Source: a virus. From it: DNA of 38,239 nt. Shown here in pieces: positions 7,315-15,728 of this stretch (its first letter is position 1; every line of letters starts with the position of its first letter). Position numbers and translations under genes: made by a program. The stretch is from IMG/VR virus record IMGVR_UViG_3300029932_000004; one strand, given 5' to 3'. The notes below the pieces were generated by a model. It saw nothing but the letters and a program-made list of their open reading frames with translations. It did not search any database and had not been told where the DNA came from.

Positions 7315-7513
7315 ACCACCATACGCGCCAATCTCCCACACGTGGGAAATACCCGCTGCACTATATGAGATCAAGGCTCTGGCACAACAGAATCGAAACA
7401 ATGAATTGATCGCCCTGGTTGATTCGGTCATAATGGTCTCTGGAGCCGACCCCCACACGTGGCAAAAGCTCAACCAACCCGAGGCCGTCCCCGCCTCTCT
7501 CACAGGAGGGTGA
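7268..7513 (+). CDS. Hypothetical protein
   Basis: This is an 81-aa ORF with GGAGGA upstream. It contains two of the CCACACGTGG motifs, each coding HTW. Confidence 0.5.
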   Translation: MAATKQASSPNSKPARPPYAPISHTWEIPAALYEIKALAQQNRNNELIALVDSVIMVSGADPHTWQKLNQPEAVPASLTGG

Positions 7514-7516
7514 TAC

Positions 7517-8329
7517 GTGGCCGATCTCTCGACAATCTCAGTCAATCTTATCCACGCTGGTTTTGGACTGGTGGATGACCTGCCAGTCTTCACCGGGTCA
7601 GCGTGGGAAGAGCATGTTCAATCGTGGATGGATGCAGAAAGTGAAGTGACTGTGCACAGGTGGCGACAGGCTGCCATATGCGCCTCGATCACCACCCACT
7701 ATGGTGAGTCTTCTGTGGAGAGGTTCGCCCAATCTGTAGGGTGCCATCCACGGCGGATCTACGAATACCGAGCCGCCTATCAACTCGCCCGCGCATTTTG
7801 CGAGCGACCGCAAAATCTGGAGTTCAGCCATTTTGTCATTGCCTCAGCCGCTCCCGATCCGGTCGCTGCACTCGAGGCAGCAGCAGATCAGACAATGACG
7901 ACCCGACAGCTCAAGGCACACATCGCCGAGCAAGCGGCTCCGCCAGTCGACGCCAGTCTCCCGGCAATCGTCGAGGATCGGGCGGTCCTGAAAGCATTTG
8001 AGGAGTTCGTCCAGGCTGGTCGGAATCTTGCCTATCGTGCACCCATCACCGGCGCAGCCGTGGCCTACGCCATTGAAGAAATCAAATACTCTCTCGAGCT
8101 TCCGGCGCAGTCAGTAGCAGATCGAATCATCCACGTTATCAGCGAAATGGGAATCAACGAGCTTGACCCGATCGCCAACACACTCGGCCAGCACCGGGAC
8201 AGGGTAAAGGTCTGGCTTAATCGAATGGTGGAGGGTGGAAGGCTTGCTCTCCGTAAACAGGAACTGGACGAGCGGACTCCGGGAGGACGGGGGCCAGCTC
8301 GCACTTACTATGAGGTCACAACGTCATGA
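7517..8329 (+). CDS. Putative DNA-binding protein (HTH core, winged-helix-like C-terminus); candidate regulator
   Basis: The GTG start follows GGAGGGTGAT. The segment YGESSVERFAQSVGCHPRRIYEYRAAYQLARAF...LEFSHFVIAS resembles ParB/DUF3102-like plasmid or phage HTH proteins. The assignment is from memory only. Confidence 0.45.
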   Translation: MADLSTISVNLIHAGFGLVDDLPVFTGSAWEEHVQSWMDAESEVTVHRWRQAAICASITTHYGESSVERFAQSVGCHPRRIYEYRAAYQLARAFCERPQNLEFSHFVIASAAPDPVAALEAAADQTMTTRQLKAHIAEQAAPPVDASLPAIVEDRAVLKAFEEFVQAGRNLAYRAPITGAAVAYAIEEIKYSLELPAQSVADRIIHVISEMGINELDPIANTLGQHRDRVKVWLNRMVEGGRLALRKQELDERTPGGRGPARTYYEVTTS

Positions 8330-8886
8330 CATACGAAGAATTGAGACTACTCTTTCCGCGGTCAAGCGCAAAGAGAATGAAGATCTGGGGAGAGCAGCTT
8401 GAGTACTACTGCTCGATCTTTGAAATTGACACGCCAGTTCGCAAAGCTGCATTTATTGCACAGATCGGCCACGAGTCAATGAACCTGATGCTGGTCAGTG
8501 AGCTATGGGGGCCAACCAGGCAACAGCAGAAATACGAACCGCCCCATCCACTCGCGGCCACGCTCGGCAATACTCAACCTGGCGATGGATTCAAATTTCG
8601 TGGCCGTGGTCTGATTCAGATTACTGGCCGCTCCAATTATGAGCAGGTCAGTCACGTTTTGGGCGATCAAGTCAACTTGCTAAAAAATCCGGATCTGCTC
8701 ACGACTCCTCAGTATGCGGTCAAGTCCGCTTGCTGGTGGTGGCAGTCTCGAGGCCTCAATCAAATTGCTGACGAGAACACCGAAGAGAGCTTTGAGAAGA
8801 TCACGCGCATCATCAATGGTGGCCTGACTGGTTGGGACGACAGACTCGACAGATGGATTCACGCGAAAAAAATATTACGTGCGTGA
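8326..8886 (+). CDS. Endolysin, glycoside hydrolase family 19 (chitinase-like)
   Basis: The motifs AAFIAQIGHESMNLMLVSE, GDGFKFRGRGLIQITGRSNY, AVKSACWWW and ITRIINGGLTGWDDR match the GH19 signature pattern. Confidence 0.88.
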   Translation: MTYEELRLLFPRSSAKRMKIWGEQLEYYCSIFEIDTPVRKAAFIAQIGHESMNLMLVSELWGPTRQQQKYEPPHPLAATLGNTQPGDGFKFRGRGLIQITGRSNYEQVSHVLGDQVNLLKNPDLLTTPQYAVKSACWWWQSRGLNQIADENTEESFEKITRIINGGLTGWDDRLDRWIHAKKILRA

Positions 8887-8926
8887 TAGTGTAGGGGGGT
8901 ATCATTGTGACGTTCCTTTCTTGGCT

Positions 8927-8957
8927 GGGGGAGACAGTGATGTCTCTCCCTTTTTTT
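8927..8957 (+). terminator. Rho-independent terminator
   Basis: GGGGGAGACA (8927..8936), loop GTGA, and TGTCTCTCCC (8941..8950) form a 10-bp stem with one G-U pair. A T7 run follows (8951..8957). Confidence 0.8.
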
Positions 8958-8971
8958 ATGGAGGATTGAAA

Positions 8972-9172
8972 ATGAACTGGAATGTGTGGATCAAAGGGCT
9001 GGTGGCGGCTATCGTTGGTGGCGTTGCAAACTCGACCACTATGATGATCGTCGACCCGGCAACGTTCAACATCTATGAGGGCGGCTCGAAGCTGGTGACC
9101 CTTGCCGTCACGTCTGCCGTATTCTCGGCAGCCTTCTACCTCGCCAAATCACCACTCCCGGAGAGCAACTAA
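8972..9172 (+). CDS. Holin-like small membrane protein
   Basis: This is ORF-track frame 8879..9172. ATG 8972 follows GGAGGA. The product is 66 aa with two hydrophobic helices (IKGLVAAIVGGVANSTTMMIV and LVTLAVTSAVFSAAFYLA). The call rests on position next to the endolysin. Confidence 0.55.
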   Translation: MNWNVWIKGLVAAIVGGVANSTTMMIVDPATFNIYEGGSKLVTLAVTSAVFSAAFYLAKSPLPESN

Positions 9173-9648
9173 TGCGAAATATTTTTCTTGCACTGATCGT
9201 CCTCATCGGTCTCTCGTCGGTTGCGTGCTCTGACAAGGGCAAGCAGTTTGCCGCATCAACTGACCGGATCGCCGGATATGTCGGCGTCGGTCTGATCATC
9301 GTCGACCAGCAGACCTCCACGGGTCAGATGTCGCCTGAAACTGGCGTGGCCATTGTCACGGCACTCCGCCAGGTGAATACCCTGAATGGCCAGCTTGTGA
9401 CCGAGGCCAAGAAGTTTATTGACGCTGACGGCAACCTAGCATTGACTGGAGATGGACAGCAAGACCTTCTCAACATCCTTGCCAGCTCCAACAACATCAT
9501 CAACACACTGGTCAATGATCCTCGAGTCCTGAACCTGTCCGAACCAAAACGAAACGAGATCATTGCCGTGGCAGCCAACCTGTCCGCAACCATCGCCAGC
9601 ATTGGCGAGTTAATCAAAACAACCAAGACCATCAAGGGGGGCAAATGA
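9172..9648 (+). CDS. Lipoprotein (lysis-cassette position)
   Basis: The N-terminus MRNIFLALIVLIGLSSVAC has a lipobox-like SVAC. The rest of the protein is hydrophilic. Confidence 0.6.
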   Translation: MRNIFLALIVLIGLSSVACSDKGKQFAASTDRIAGYVGVGLIIVDQQTSTGQMSPETGVAIVTALRQVNTLNGQLVTEAKKFIDADGNLALTGDGQQDLLNILASSNNIINTLVNDPRVLNLSEPKRNEIIAVAANLSATIASIGELIKTTKTIKGGK

Positions 9649-9827
9649 ACATTATTGACCTGCTCTCAACTCTTCCGTCCTTCCTTCTCCTGATCACCAA
9701 TGAGCTGATCAAAGAGTCTGCCCGTACCGGCAAGACTCCGGCGCAGCTCCTCGAGGATGCTGGCCTCAAGATCGATGCCAACGAGGAGAAGGCAGTCGAG
9801 CTGCTCGCCAAGCTCAAAGGGCAGTAG
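9645..9827 (+). CDS. Small protein with an N-terminal hydrophobic segment
   Basis: The start forms an ATGA overlap with the upstream stop. The N-terminus reads IIDLLSTLPSFLLLI. Confidence 0.5.
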   Translation: MNIIDLLSTLPSFLLLITNELIKESARTGKTPAQLLEDAGLKIDANEEKAVELLAKLKGQ

Positions 9828-9927
9828 ACTTCCCTACCCCGGCATACGGGCCAGCACCCTCGGGGGCGTATAGCCTCACGCCGGGGAACTGAGGGATACG
9901 CTGGCCCACCAACTATAGGCACAACCA

Positions 9928-10173
9928 ATGATCCCCGTGGAAGAGAGACAAATGGACAAGGACTATATCGACGTTACAGTATCGAGTATCATTGCGCTGG
10001 CCTTTGGCTGGTTGGTCAAGTCGTTTACATCCGCCAGTCGAAAAGAGGTTGACGAGATCCGGCAGGAGATGCGGCACTTTGTCACGACTCGATCATTCGA
10101 CAAGGAACTGCAGGGTATTCAAAACCGTCTTGATCGGATCGAGGACAAGATTGATAAGCTAGTTGACAAATAA
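9928..10173 (+). CDS. Type-II membrane protein with a coiled coil (i-spanin-like)
   Basis: The transmembrane segment VTVSSIIALAFGWLV is followed by a heptad-rich tail (EIRQEM...LQGIQNRLDRIEDKIDKLVDK). An alternative start is ATG 9952. Confidence 0.5.
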   Translation: MIPVEERQMDKDYIDVTVSSIIALAFGWLVKSFTSASRKEVDEIRQEMRHFVTTRSFDKELQGIQNRLDRIEDKIDKLVDK

Positions 10174-10178
10174 CAAGT

Positions 10179-10586
10179 ATGACAATCAAAAAGAAGGCTA
10201 CCAAAATGAAGGCCAGCAAGCGTCAATCCCCGGCGCGGCCATCGACACATCGCATTGACGATAACGAGCTGGCTCAAGCTCTGCAAAACTCCAACGGCAA
10301 TATAAGCCACGCTGCCCGGTCAATGGGTATCTCACGTTTTGCCATTCACTCCCACATCAACGCAAGCCCCGAACTACAACAGATCCTGGACGACGCTCGA
10401 CAGACAATGCTCGACGAGGCCGAGAACGCCTTGCTTGCCGCAGTCAGGAATCAGCAAGGTTGGGCGGTCTGCTTCACGCTCAAGACAATCGGCCAAGAGC
10501 GCGGATATATTGAGCGAGCAGATCAGAGTCACTCGGGGTCAGTCGAGGTGGTGATCAGGCGTGAAGACCGCAAGCAAACAAATTGA
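10179..10586 (+). CDS. terS: Terminase small subunit (HTH type)
   Basis: The gene lies immediately upstream of TerL. It has a basic N-terminus, an HTH (GNISHAARSMGISRFAIHSHI), and the motif AVCFTLKTIGQERGY typical of small terminases. Confidence 0.6.
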   Translation: MTIKKKATKMKASKRQSPARPSTHRIDDNELAQALQNSNGNISHAARSMGISRFAIHSHINASPELQQILDDARQTMLDEAENALLAAVRNQQGWAVCFTLKTIGQERGYIERADQSHSGSVEVVIRREDRKQTN

Positions 10587-11775
10587 ACTGATCCTGCCTG
10601 TCCTTCATCCCGGACAACAGCAAATAGTTGATGAGGCTCGGCGGTTCAACGTGCTCGCCTGCGGTCGACGTTTCGGCAAGACGAAGCTGGGTATTGATCT
10701 GGTAATTGACAGGGCATTGGACGGATACCCGGTCGGCTGGTTCTCTCCAACATATCGAATGCTTGGCGAGGTCTGGAAAGAGATCGTCGAGACGACAAAG
10801 CCAATTCAAACGAGAGTCGCGAAGCAGGAGCATCGGATCGAGCTGCTGACCGGTGGCGTCATTGACTGCTGGTCATTGGACGCTGCCGATTCCGTGCGCG
10901 GTCGCAAATACGCACGAGTGATCATTGACGAAGCGGCAATGGTCCCGGATCTTGGTGACAGCTGGCAAGCGGCCATTCGTCCGACGCTGACCGACTACAC
11001 CGGTGACGCCTTCCTGCTGAGTACGCCTAAGGGCGTTAACTTCTTCCACGAGTGTTACAGCAGGGGAGTCGACCCGGCACAACCTGACTGGAATGGATGG
11101 CACGCACCAACCACGGCCAATCCATACATCGACCCGGCTGAAGTCGAGGCCGCTCGACTCGAGCTGCCTGAGCAGATATTCAGGCAAGAATACCTGGCCG
11201 AGTTTCTCCAGAACGAGGGCGCAGTCTTCCGCAACATCGATGCATGTCTGCACGCCGACAATCAGACCGATCATCGAGGGCACAGCTTAATGGCCGGGGT
11301 CGACTGGGGTCAGCAGAATGATTTCACCGTCATATCCGTTGTCTGTGCGACGTGTCGGCAGGAGGTCGAGCTTGACCGCTTCAACAAGATTGAGTGGGCA
11401 TTTCAACGGGCACGGCTCAAGACCATCATTGAGCGGCACGGGTGCATTGCCGTGATGGTCGAAACCAACTCCATCGGCGGTCCGAACCTCGAGGCTCTCC
11501 AGCGCGAGGGTCTACCCGTCCGGGGTTTCGAGACTACCGGCACGTCTAAACCACCATTGATTCAGTCATTGGCATTGGCACTCGAGCGGGTCGAGCTGCA
11601 GTGGTTGCCGGATCCGGTCGGGCGGACTGAGCTGCTGGCATATGAGAGCAGGCGCAATGCCACAACAGGCCGGATCTCATACTCTGCACCTTCTGGCGGA
11701 CACGATGATACGGTGATGGCTCGAGCATTGGCATTAAACGCGCTTCATCGTGGCAGTGTCGGTACAGCATACTGA
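10561..11775 (+). CDS. terL: Terminase large subunit
   Basis: The GTG start follows GAGGTGGTGA. It has a Walker A motif (ACGRRFGKT), a Walker B motif (VIIDEAA) and a C-terminal RNase-H-like nuclease region (GVDWGQQNDFTV ... GGHDDTVMA). Confidence 0.88.
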   Translation: MKTASKQIELILPVLHPGQQQIVDEARRFNVLACGRRFGKTKLGIDLVIDRALDGYPVGWFSPTYRMLGEVWKEIVETTKPIQTRVAKQEHRIELLTGGVIDCWSLDAADSVRGRKYARVIIDEAAMVPDLGDSWQAAIRPTLTDYTGDAFLLSTPKGVNFFHECYSRGVDPAQPDWNGWHAPTTANPYIDPAEVEAARLELPEQIFRQEYLAEFLQNEGAVFRNIDACLHADNQTDHRGHSLMAGVDWGQQNDFTVISVVCATCRQEVELDRFNKIEWAFQRARLKTIIERHGCIAVMVETNSIGGPNLEALQREGLPVRGFETTGTSKPPLIQSLALALERVELQWLPDPVGRTELLAYESRRNATTGRISYSAPSGGHDDTVMARALALNALHRGSVGTAY

Positions 11776-13073
11776 TGGCATATAAGCCTTTAAGCAATGA
11801 GGAGATCATCGACTTAATCCGCGTATATATCAGCACGGATTACAACCAACTGCGGACTCATCGTGAAAGCGGCATTTCTTATAACGCTGTCCTCAAATAT
11901 GTCCACAAATGGCGCAGTGGACAATTGGCACACCTGGATCTGCCAAATTATGAAGAGTTACCAGGTGGCAAAAATCCTCGATCACAGAGTAATCCGGAAG
12001 AGAGCTTTACCACAAAAGATTATCGACGGCAGATTACAGCAATCAAACGTGAGCGGGATGAGATCCTCAAGGAACGTGACGAGCTTATTCAGGGCGCAGA
12101 GTTTGCCAAGCTGGTCAGAGAGGTTAAACACGAGGTGCCAAGATGGATTGAACGCAAGCCATCGAAAGGCTCTCGAGCCGCTATTCCGACGGCATTTCTC
12201 TCTGACCTGCATCTGGACGAGGTGGTCTATCCGGATCAGGTGAATTATGTCAACGCATACAATCGAGAGATCGCAGAAAAGCGGTTGCGCTTATTCTTTG
12301 ATCATGTTGTCGAGCTATCCCGTGATTATCTGCACGGGTTGACCTATGAGGGCATCGTCCTACCACTTGGTGGAGATCTTTTTTCCGGCATCATTCACGA
12401 GGAACTCGTTGAAACAAACGTTGGCACGATATTTGAATCATTGCTCTACTGGGCAGAGCCAATGGCCGCCGGGATTCGCCATCTGTCCGATGTCTTTGGC
12501 CGTGTCTTCCTGCCGTGCGTGGTCGGGAATCACGGGAGACGACAACGCAAGCCTCACGCCAAGAATCGAGCACAAGATAATTTTGACTGGTTCTTTGCTC
12601 ATCTGCTGGCCAAGTTGTTGACAGGCCAGAAGGGCATCAGCTTTGCGATCTCACCATCCGCCGATCAACCATATACCGTCTACTCTACCAGGTACCTCCT
12701 GACACACGGCGATCAATTCCGCGGTGGATCCGGAATTGCTGGCATGCTCTCGCCGCTGATGATCGGTGATGCCAGGAAGCGCGAACGAGAGAACGCTGTC
12801 CGTCGACCATATGACTATATGATCATGGGACACTGGCATCAGCTGGCATTTCTTCGAGGGCTGATCGTCAATGGTTCCCTCAAGGGGTATGACGAGTACG
12901 CCTTCATTTCCAATTTTCGGTATGAGCCGCCACGTCAAGCATTTTGGATCACTGACGCCAAGCACGGGGTGACAATTCAAGCACCTATTCATGTGACTGG
13001 AGTTGACGAGCAATATACATCGGCCAGCGGAGATCAAGCCGTGGTGGTTATGGGCAGCTTGGAAAAGAAATAA
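11775..13073 (+). CDS. Calcineurin-like metallophosphoesterase with an N-terminal HTH-like and coiled-coil extension
   Basis: Five ordered metallophosphoesterase motifs are present: SDLHLDE, GGDLFSG, VVGNHG, LTHGDQ and MGHWH. Confidence 0.75.
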   Translation: MAYKPLSNEEIIDLIRVYISTDYNQLRTHRESGISYNAVLKYVHKWRSGQLAHLDLPNYEELPGGKNPRSQSNPEESFTTKDYRRQITAIKRERDEILKERDELIQGAEFAKLVREVKHEVPRWIERKPSKGSRAAIPTAFLSDLHLDEVVYPDQVNYVNAYNREIAEKRLRLFFDHVVELSRDYLHGLTYEGIVLPLGGDLFSGIIHEELVETNVGTIFESLLYWAEPMAAGIRHLSDVFGRVFLPCVVGNHGRRQRKPHAKNRAQDNFDWFFAHLLAKLLTGQKGISFAISPSADQPYTVYSTRYLLTHGDQFRGGSGIAGMLSPLMIGDARKRERENAVRRPYDYMIMGHWHQLAFLRGLIVNGSLKGYDEYAFISNFRYEPPRQAFWITDAKHGVTIQAPIHVTGVDEQYTSASGDQAVVVMGSLEKK

Positions 13074-13076
13074 TTT

Positions 13077-13250
13077 ATGGCCGATCTTGCCGAAGAGATG
13101 GAGAAGCGGTATCAGCTGGCGAAGAAGTATAATCCGTGGATGGCAATCGGCTATCTGGAATTCGTGGTTGACCAACTGAGACAAAAAGTGACAGAGTTGG
13201 AGACGGAGAATGAGCAGCTCCAACAAAAATTAAACGCGGAAAAAGTGTAA
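13077..13250 (+). CDS. Small coiled-coil protein (57 aa, below the ORF-track cut-off)
   Basis: An open frame runs from ATG 13077 to TAA 13248..13250. The product MADLAEEMEKRYQLAKKYNPWMAIGYLEFVVDQLRQKVTELETENEQLQQKLNAEKV fills the gap between two genes. Confidence 0.5.
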   Translation: MADLAEEMEKRYQLAKKYNPWMAIGYLEFVVDQLRQKVTELETENEQLQQKLNAEKV

Positions 13251-13262
13251 CGGTAAACACGT

Positions 13263-15728
13263 ATGGGAATCTTTGACCGAGTAAAAGCAGCGTCCATGGC
13301 CTTCCGCTATCCGTCCAACCTGACGCATCGGGGCGGATCGTTCCTGTCAATGGCTCCTCGAACCTTCCCATACGAGAACACCGACCCCATTGCCAACTCA
13401 GCAGTAATCAATACGCTTGCTTGGATTCAGCGGAATTTTAATCAAGCGGACTTTGGCGTCTATCAGAAAGACCGTGATGGCAACAAGACTGAGCTTGCCG
13501 ACCATCCGTTGACCAAGCTGATGTATACGCCCAACGCTGGCTATGGTGCGGCGTCGATGTGGGCGGCAACGCTCCTGTCATACCATTTGGACGGCAACGC
13601 ATATTGGGTGAAGGAGCGCAACGCTCGAGGGTTCGGCGTCCCTACGGCCATCTGGTATGAGCCGCACTGGTCGATCAAGCCGCACTGGCCCGATGATGGA
13701 TCGGCGTATATCGATTATTACGAGCGGCGCATAAATGGCAGTATTGAGCGCATACCGGTTGAGAATGTCGTCCACTTTCGCAATGGCCTAAATCCGGCCA
13801 ACCCTCGGTATGGGCTGGCCCCTCTCAAGGCCTCTCTGCTGCAAGTTTTCACTGACACCGAGGTCTCACTGTGGGTCGCCGCTCTCTGCCGCAATATGGC
13901 CATTCCTGGTGTCATTGTCAGCCCTCAAGAGTCGATCGGGATGACCGCCGAGAAGGCCGAGCAGATCAAGCAGACTTGGAAACGAAAATTTGGTGGTGAC
14001 AATCGGGGTGAGCCGTTGATCCTCGACTTCCAGGCGTCCATCGATACGCTTGGCTACGATCCGAAGACAATGGAGTTCGGAGCGATCACCAATCTGGCCG
14101 AGTCACGGATCTCTGGCGCAATGGGTATCCCGGCGATCGTCGCGGGGTTGTCTGCGGGGCTGGACAGCAGCACCTACAACAACCTTGCCAACCTGAAGAA
14201 GTCGGCCTTTGAAGAGTGCTTGCTTCCGACCTATGACATTTTCGCCCAGACGATCACCAGGCAACTACTTGTCGACTTCGAGCGGGATCTCCAGACACGG
14301 AAGATCAAGGCGTACTTCGATACGTCCGAGATCAGAGCATTACAGGAGAACCAGAGCGAGAAAGAGGCTCGAGCAATTGCCGCGTATTCAGCAGGAGTCG
14401 CAACCCTCAATGAGACACGGGCACAGTTTGGCTATGATCCGGAACCTGATGGCGATTTCTATTTGTTGCCAAGCAACGTGCAGCCCGTCACTCTTGACGT
14501 CGTGATGGATCAGATCAGCGATCCACCATCACCACCAGTTCTGCCGACGGACACGCTACCTCCGGGACCGGCAGCAGGGGAGACCGGAGAAGACTCCGCA
14601 AAGTCCATGTCTCCCCACTTCTTCACCAAGTCGGTCGACTGGAATGGGCTGACCCTTCGCCGCCAGCCGACCGAGCTTGAGGCGCGGATGTTGAAAGCTC
14701 TCGATGATGCCTACCAACAGGGCAAGACCTCCATGGAAGGTACCCTGCTTGCGCTACGTTCGCGCTACATCGATCAGATGGCCGAGGAGCTGGGTGACCT
14801 AGACCCCTCCGCCTATTACCTCGCCACGGTCAATACAACTGACAAAGACCGTGGCACGATATACGCACTCCTCTCTGCTCTCTTCCTCCGGGGGGCTGGA
14901 TTGATCGTTGAGGAGCTGCGGAATCAGGGCGCGTCGATCGGTGACCAGTCGGCGCGTCCTGATGAAACATCTATGCGATCGATGGCTGGTGCGATCGTGA
15001 GCAGGATTGCGAATGACGTCCAAGCACGGGCAACAGGTGCGGCGATCACCGCTTCCCTGCTGGGTCAAGCGGTAGTCGATACTGTCCGCGAGACGATGGG
15101 GGCAGGCTCAACAGCATACACGACACGATCAGCGAGTGAAGCGACCAACTGGGCACTCTCGCAGGGCCGGGACGCTGAGATCGAAGAGAAGGCCGATCAG
15201 ATTGAATATCTGGTCTACTCAGCCGTCCTCGACAACAACACCTGCTCACCGTGTGGTGATTCGGATGGTATGGGTGGACAGCTGGGTGAGATACCCGCCG
15301 TCCCAAATCCGTCGTGTGAAGGTGGGGCGCAGTGTCGATGTGTACATATCCCGGTAATGGCGCAGGAGTTCAAGGCACAGTATCGAGGAGTTGAAGTCGA
15401 CCTGACCCCGACAAGCGGAATGAAGGCCGAGGCCAAGCGCGGTCTCGAGTGGCGTCGTGAGTTCAACCGTGGTGGCACTGCGGTTGGCGTAGCTCGTGCG
15501 CGTGATATCAGCAACGGCAAGGAGTTGTCTCCACAGACGGTCAAACGGATGTATAGCTTCTTCTCCCGTCACGAGGTCGACAAGCAGGGGCAAGGCTTCT
15601 CACCAGGTGAGGACGGGTATCCGTCAGCTGGGCGCATTGCGTGGGCATTGTGGGGCGGGGATCCCGGGTATACTTGGGCCAAGGCCAAAGTGAAGCGGTT
15701 CGAGAACATCGATGAGGACAAGGGATGA
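13263..15728 (+). CDS. Portal protein fused to a MuF/SPP1-gp7-like head-morphogenesis domain and an extra C-terminal domain
   Basis: The N-terminal ~415 aa are portal-like (LADHPLTKLMYTPN...GNAYWVKE). A Pro-rich linker follows, then the MuF-type Cys motif NTCSPCGDSDG...NPSCEGGAQCRCVH. The last ~120 aa (AEAKRGLEWRREFNRGGTAVGVARARDI...RMYSFFSRHEVD...WALWGGDPG) form a separate conserved-looking domain. Confidence 0.8.
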   Translation: MGIFDRVKAASMAFRYPSNLTHRGGSFLSMAPRTFPYENTDPIANSAVINTLAWIQRNFNQADFGVYQKDRDGNKTELADHPLTKLMYTPNAGYGAASMWAATLLSYHLDGNAYWVKERNARGFGVPTAIWYEPHWSIKPHWPDDGSAYIDYYERRINGSIERIPVENVVHFRNGLNPANPRYGLAPLKASLLQVFTDTEVSLWVAALCRNMAIPGVIVSPQESIGMTAEKAEQIKQTWKRKFGGDNRGEPLILDFQASIDTLGYDPKTMEFGAITNLAESRISGAMGIPAIVAGLSAGLDSSTYNNLANLKKSAFEECLLPTYDIFAQTITRQLLVDFERDLQTRKIKAYFDTSEIRALQENQSEKEARAIAAYSAGVATLNETRAQFGYDPEPDGDFYLLPSNVQPVTLDVVMDQISDPPSPPVLPTDTLPPGPAAGETGEDSAKSMSPHFFTKSVDWNGLTLRRQPTELEARMLKALDDAYQQGKTSMEGTLLALRSRYIDQMAEELGDLDPSAYYLATVNTTDKDRGTIYALLSALFLRGAGLIVEELRNQGASIGDQSARPDETSMRSMAGAIVSRIANDVQARATGAAITASLLGQAVVDTVRETMGAGSTAYTTRSASEATNWALSQGRDAEIEEKADQIEYLVYSAVLDNNTCSPCGDSDGMGGQLGEIPAVPNPSCEGGAQCRCVHIPVMAQEFKAQYRGVEVDLTPTSGMKAEAKRGLEWRREFNRGGTAVGVARARDISNGKELSPQTVKRMYSFFSRHEVDKQGQGFSPGEDGYPSAGRIAWALWGGDPGYTWAKAKVKRFENIDEDKG

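Noticed and set aside
6940-7593. A 217-aa minus-strand ORF covering the region where the plus-strand genes are weakest
   Set aside because: The translation is rich in Cys, Trp and Arg with no motifs. It runs into the well-supported 7517..8329 gene. The plus-strand products (7048..7314 and 7268..7513) look protein-like, and all neighbours are on the plus strand.
10161-10190. TTGACAAATAAC upstream of terS, considered as a fourth member of the TTGACAAATAAG promoter family
   Set aside because: No acceptable -10 hexamer lies 16-18 nt downstream (tcaaaa or atcaaa), so a sigma70 promoter cannot be supported here.
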